A stretch of 64,000 bases of DNA from Raillietiella orientalis. Its lineage: Eukaryota. The notes below the pieces were generated by a model that was not told the DNA's origin, made no database searches, and saw only the letters and a list, made by a program, of their open reading frames with translations. Positions 63,201 to 64,000 of the stretch are shown piece by piece. Numbering within the stretch: the first letter of the stretch is position 1; the number at the start of each line of letters is the position of its first letter. Location: positions 1,488,001 to 1,552,000 of the forward strand of contig JAYWIR010000038.1 in the NCBI GenBank assembly GCA_036172245.1, in the 5' to 3' direction. The position numbers and the translations under genes are program-made.

Positions 63201-64000
63201 AGAAATTTGGCAGATTCCCGTTCGATCTTTTCCTTTCAGCAGACAAGTAGAGAAATTCACTTCATCGGCGGGATACCTAGCTGATTATCCACAGGAAGCT
63301 CTGAGAAACCATCAAAGCGTGAGAAATGCGAAACCAGCCGACCATCGGCAAATGGAATAAGAGCGTCTTGCAGCATCCGTCCGTTCTCTTCGACGCTTTC
63401 TGCCTCGCGCACCGAAAACCGCTGCTGTCTCGTCCCAGGAAGCCGAAGAACTGCCCCGCGATGTGGCTCGGGATTTTGCCGCCTATGACCCTCCTATTCC
63501 TCCTCTATTCATCTGTCCCAAATCTGCTGGATTGTTTGCTTCCCCTTTCCAGCAGACACGATGCAACCAAGGCATCTCCGAGTTGCTCTTCCTCAAAAGC
63601 CACCATTCGAATGTCGGGAATCCACCTCTTTCTCTGGAACGTTTTCCCATTCCTGAAACTCACTTTCAATCTTCCATCTCTCGAATTGGTCCTCCTCTAT
63701 TTCTGTTTCTCCAAGTGACAGAGAAAAGTAACGAGAAAGCATCCACAGTGAGGGATGAGCACTCTTCTCTTTCTGCTTCCCCCTTAGTAGTGATGATGCA
63801 AGACACAACAACTGAATTCCCGTATTTATTTGATCATGGGGTCAACGGATGAGTGGGATGCATCCAAGATGATCTTAGAGTGGGATAATGAGCAGAAAGT
63901 CGATTCAAGGACAGGATGCCTAATGGAGGTTGTAGGCAGATGTCAACCGACAACCGGTTGGCTGTGGCATCCAGCGTTTCCATGGCATCGGGCGCATCGC

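Overview
Eukaryotic, intron-containing, repeat-rich DNA, probably from an invertebrate (arthropod-like ND6->CYTB order in a mitochondrial insertion); no prokaryotic operons or CRISPR. The only intact host gene I can support is the 3' part of a type-C leucine-rich-repeat GPCR (relaxin receptor RXFP/Lgr3/Lgr4-like): ten + strand exons from 1037 to about 16572, all splicing in frame. The rest is mobile-element material. It includes four copies of a ~0.8 kb tRNA-headed SINE-like element with an internal hairpin array; one copy is fused behind a full-length U6 snRNA copy, and one is split by a Tx1/L1-like LINE with a 17-bp target duplication. There are also Utopia/NeSL-like, mariner, hAT, Gypsy and other LINE remnants, a NUMT, a near-perfect 665-bp inverted duplication and an AT-rich foldback. 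The best candidate for an undescribed system is a ~325-nt unit at 58.8-60.3 kb, present as two circularly permuted copies carrying hammerhead-like CUGAUGA...GAAA cores (retrozyme-like). All assignments are by-eye motif recognition, without database searches.
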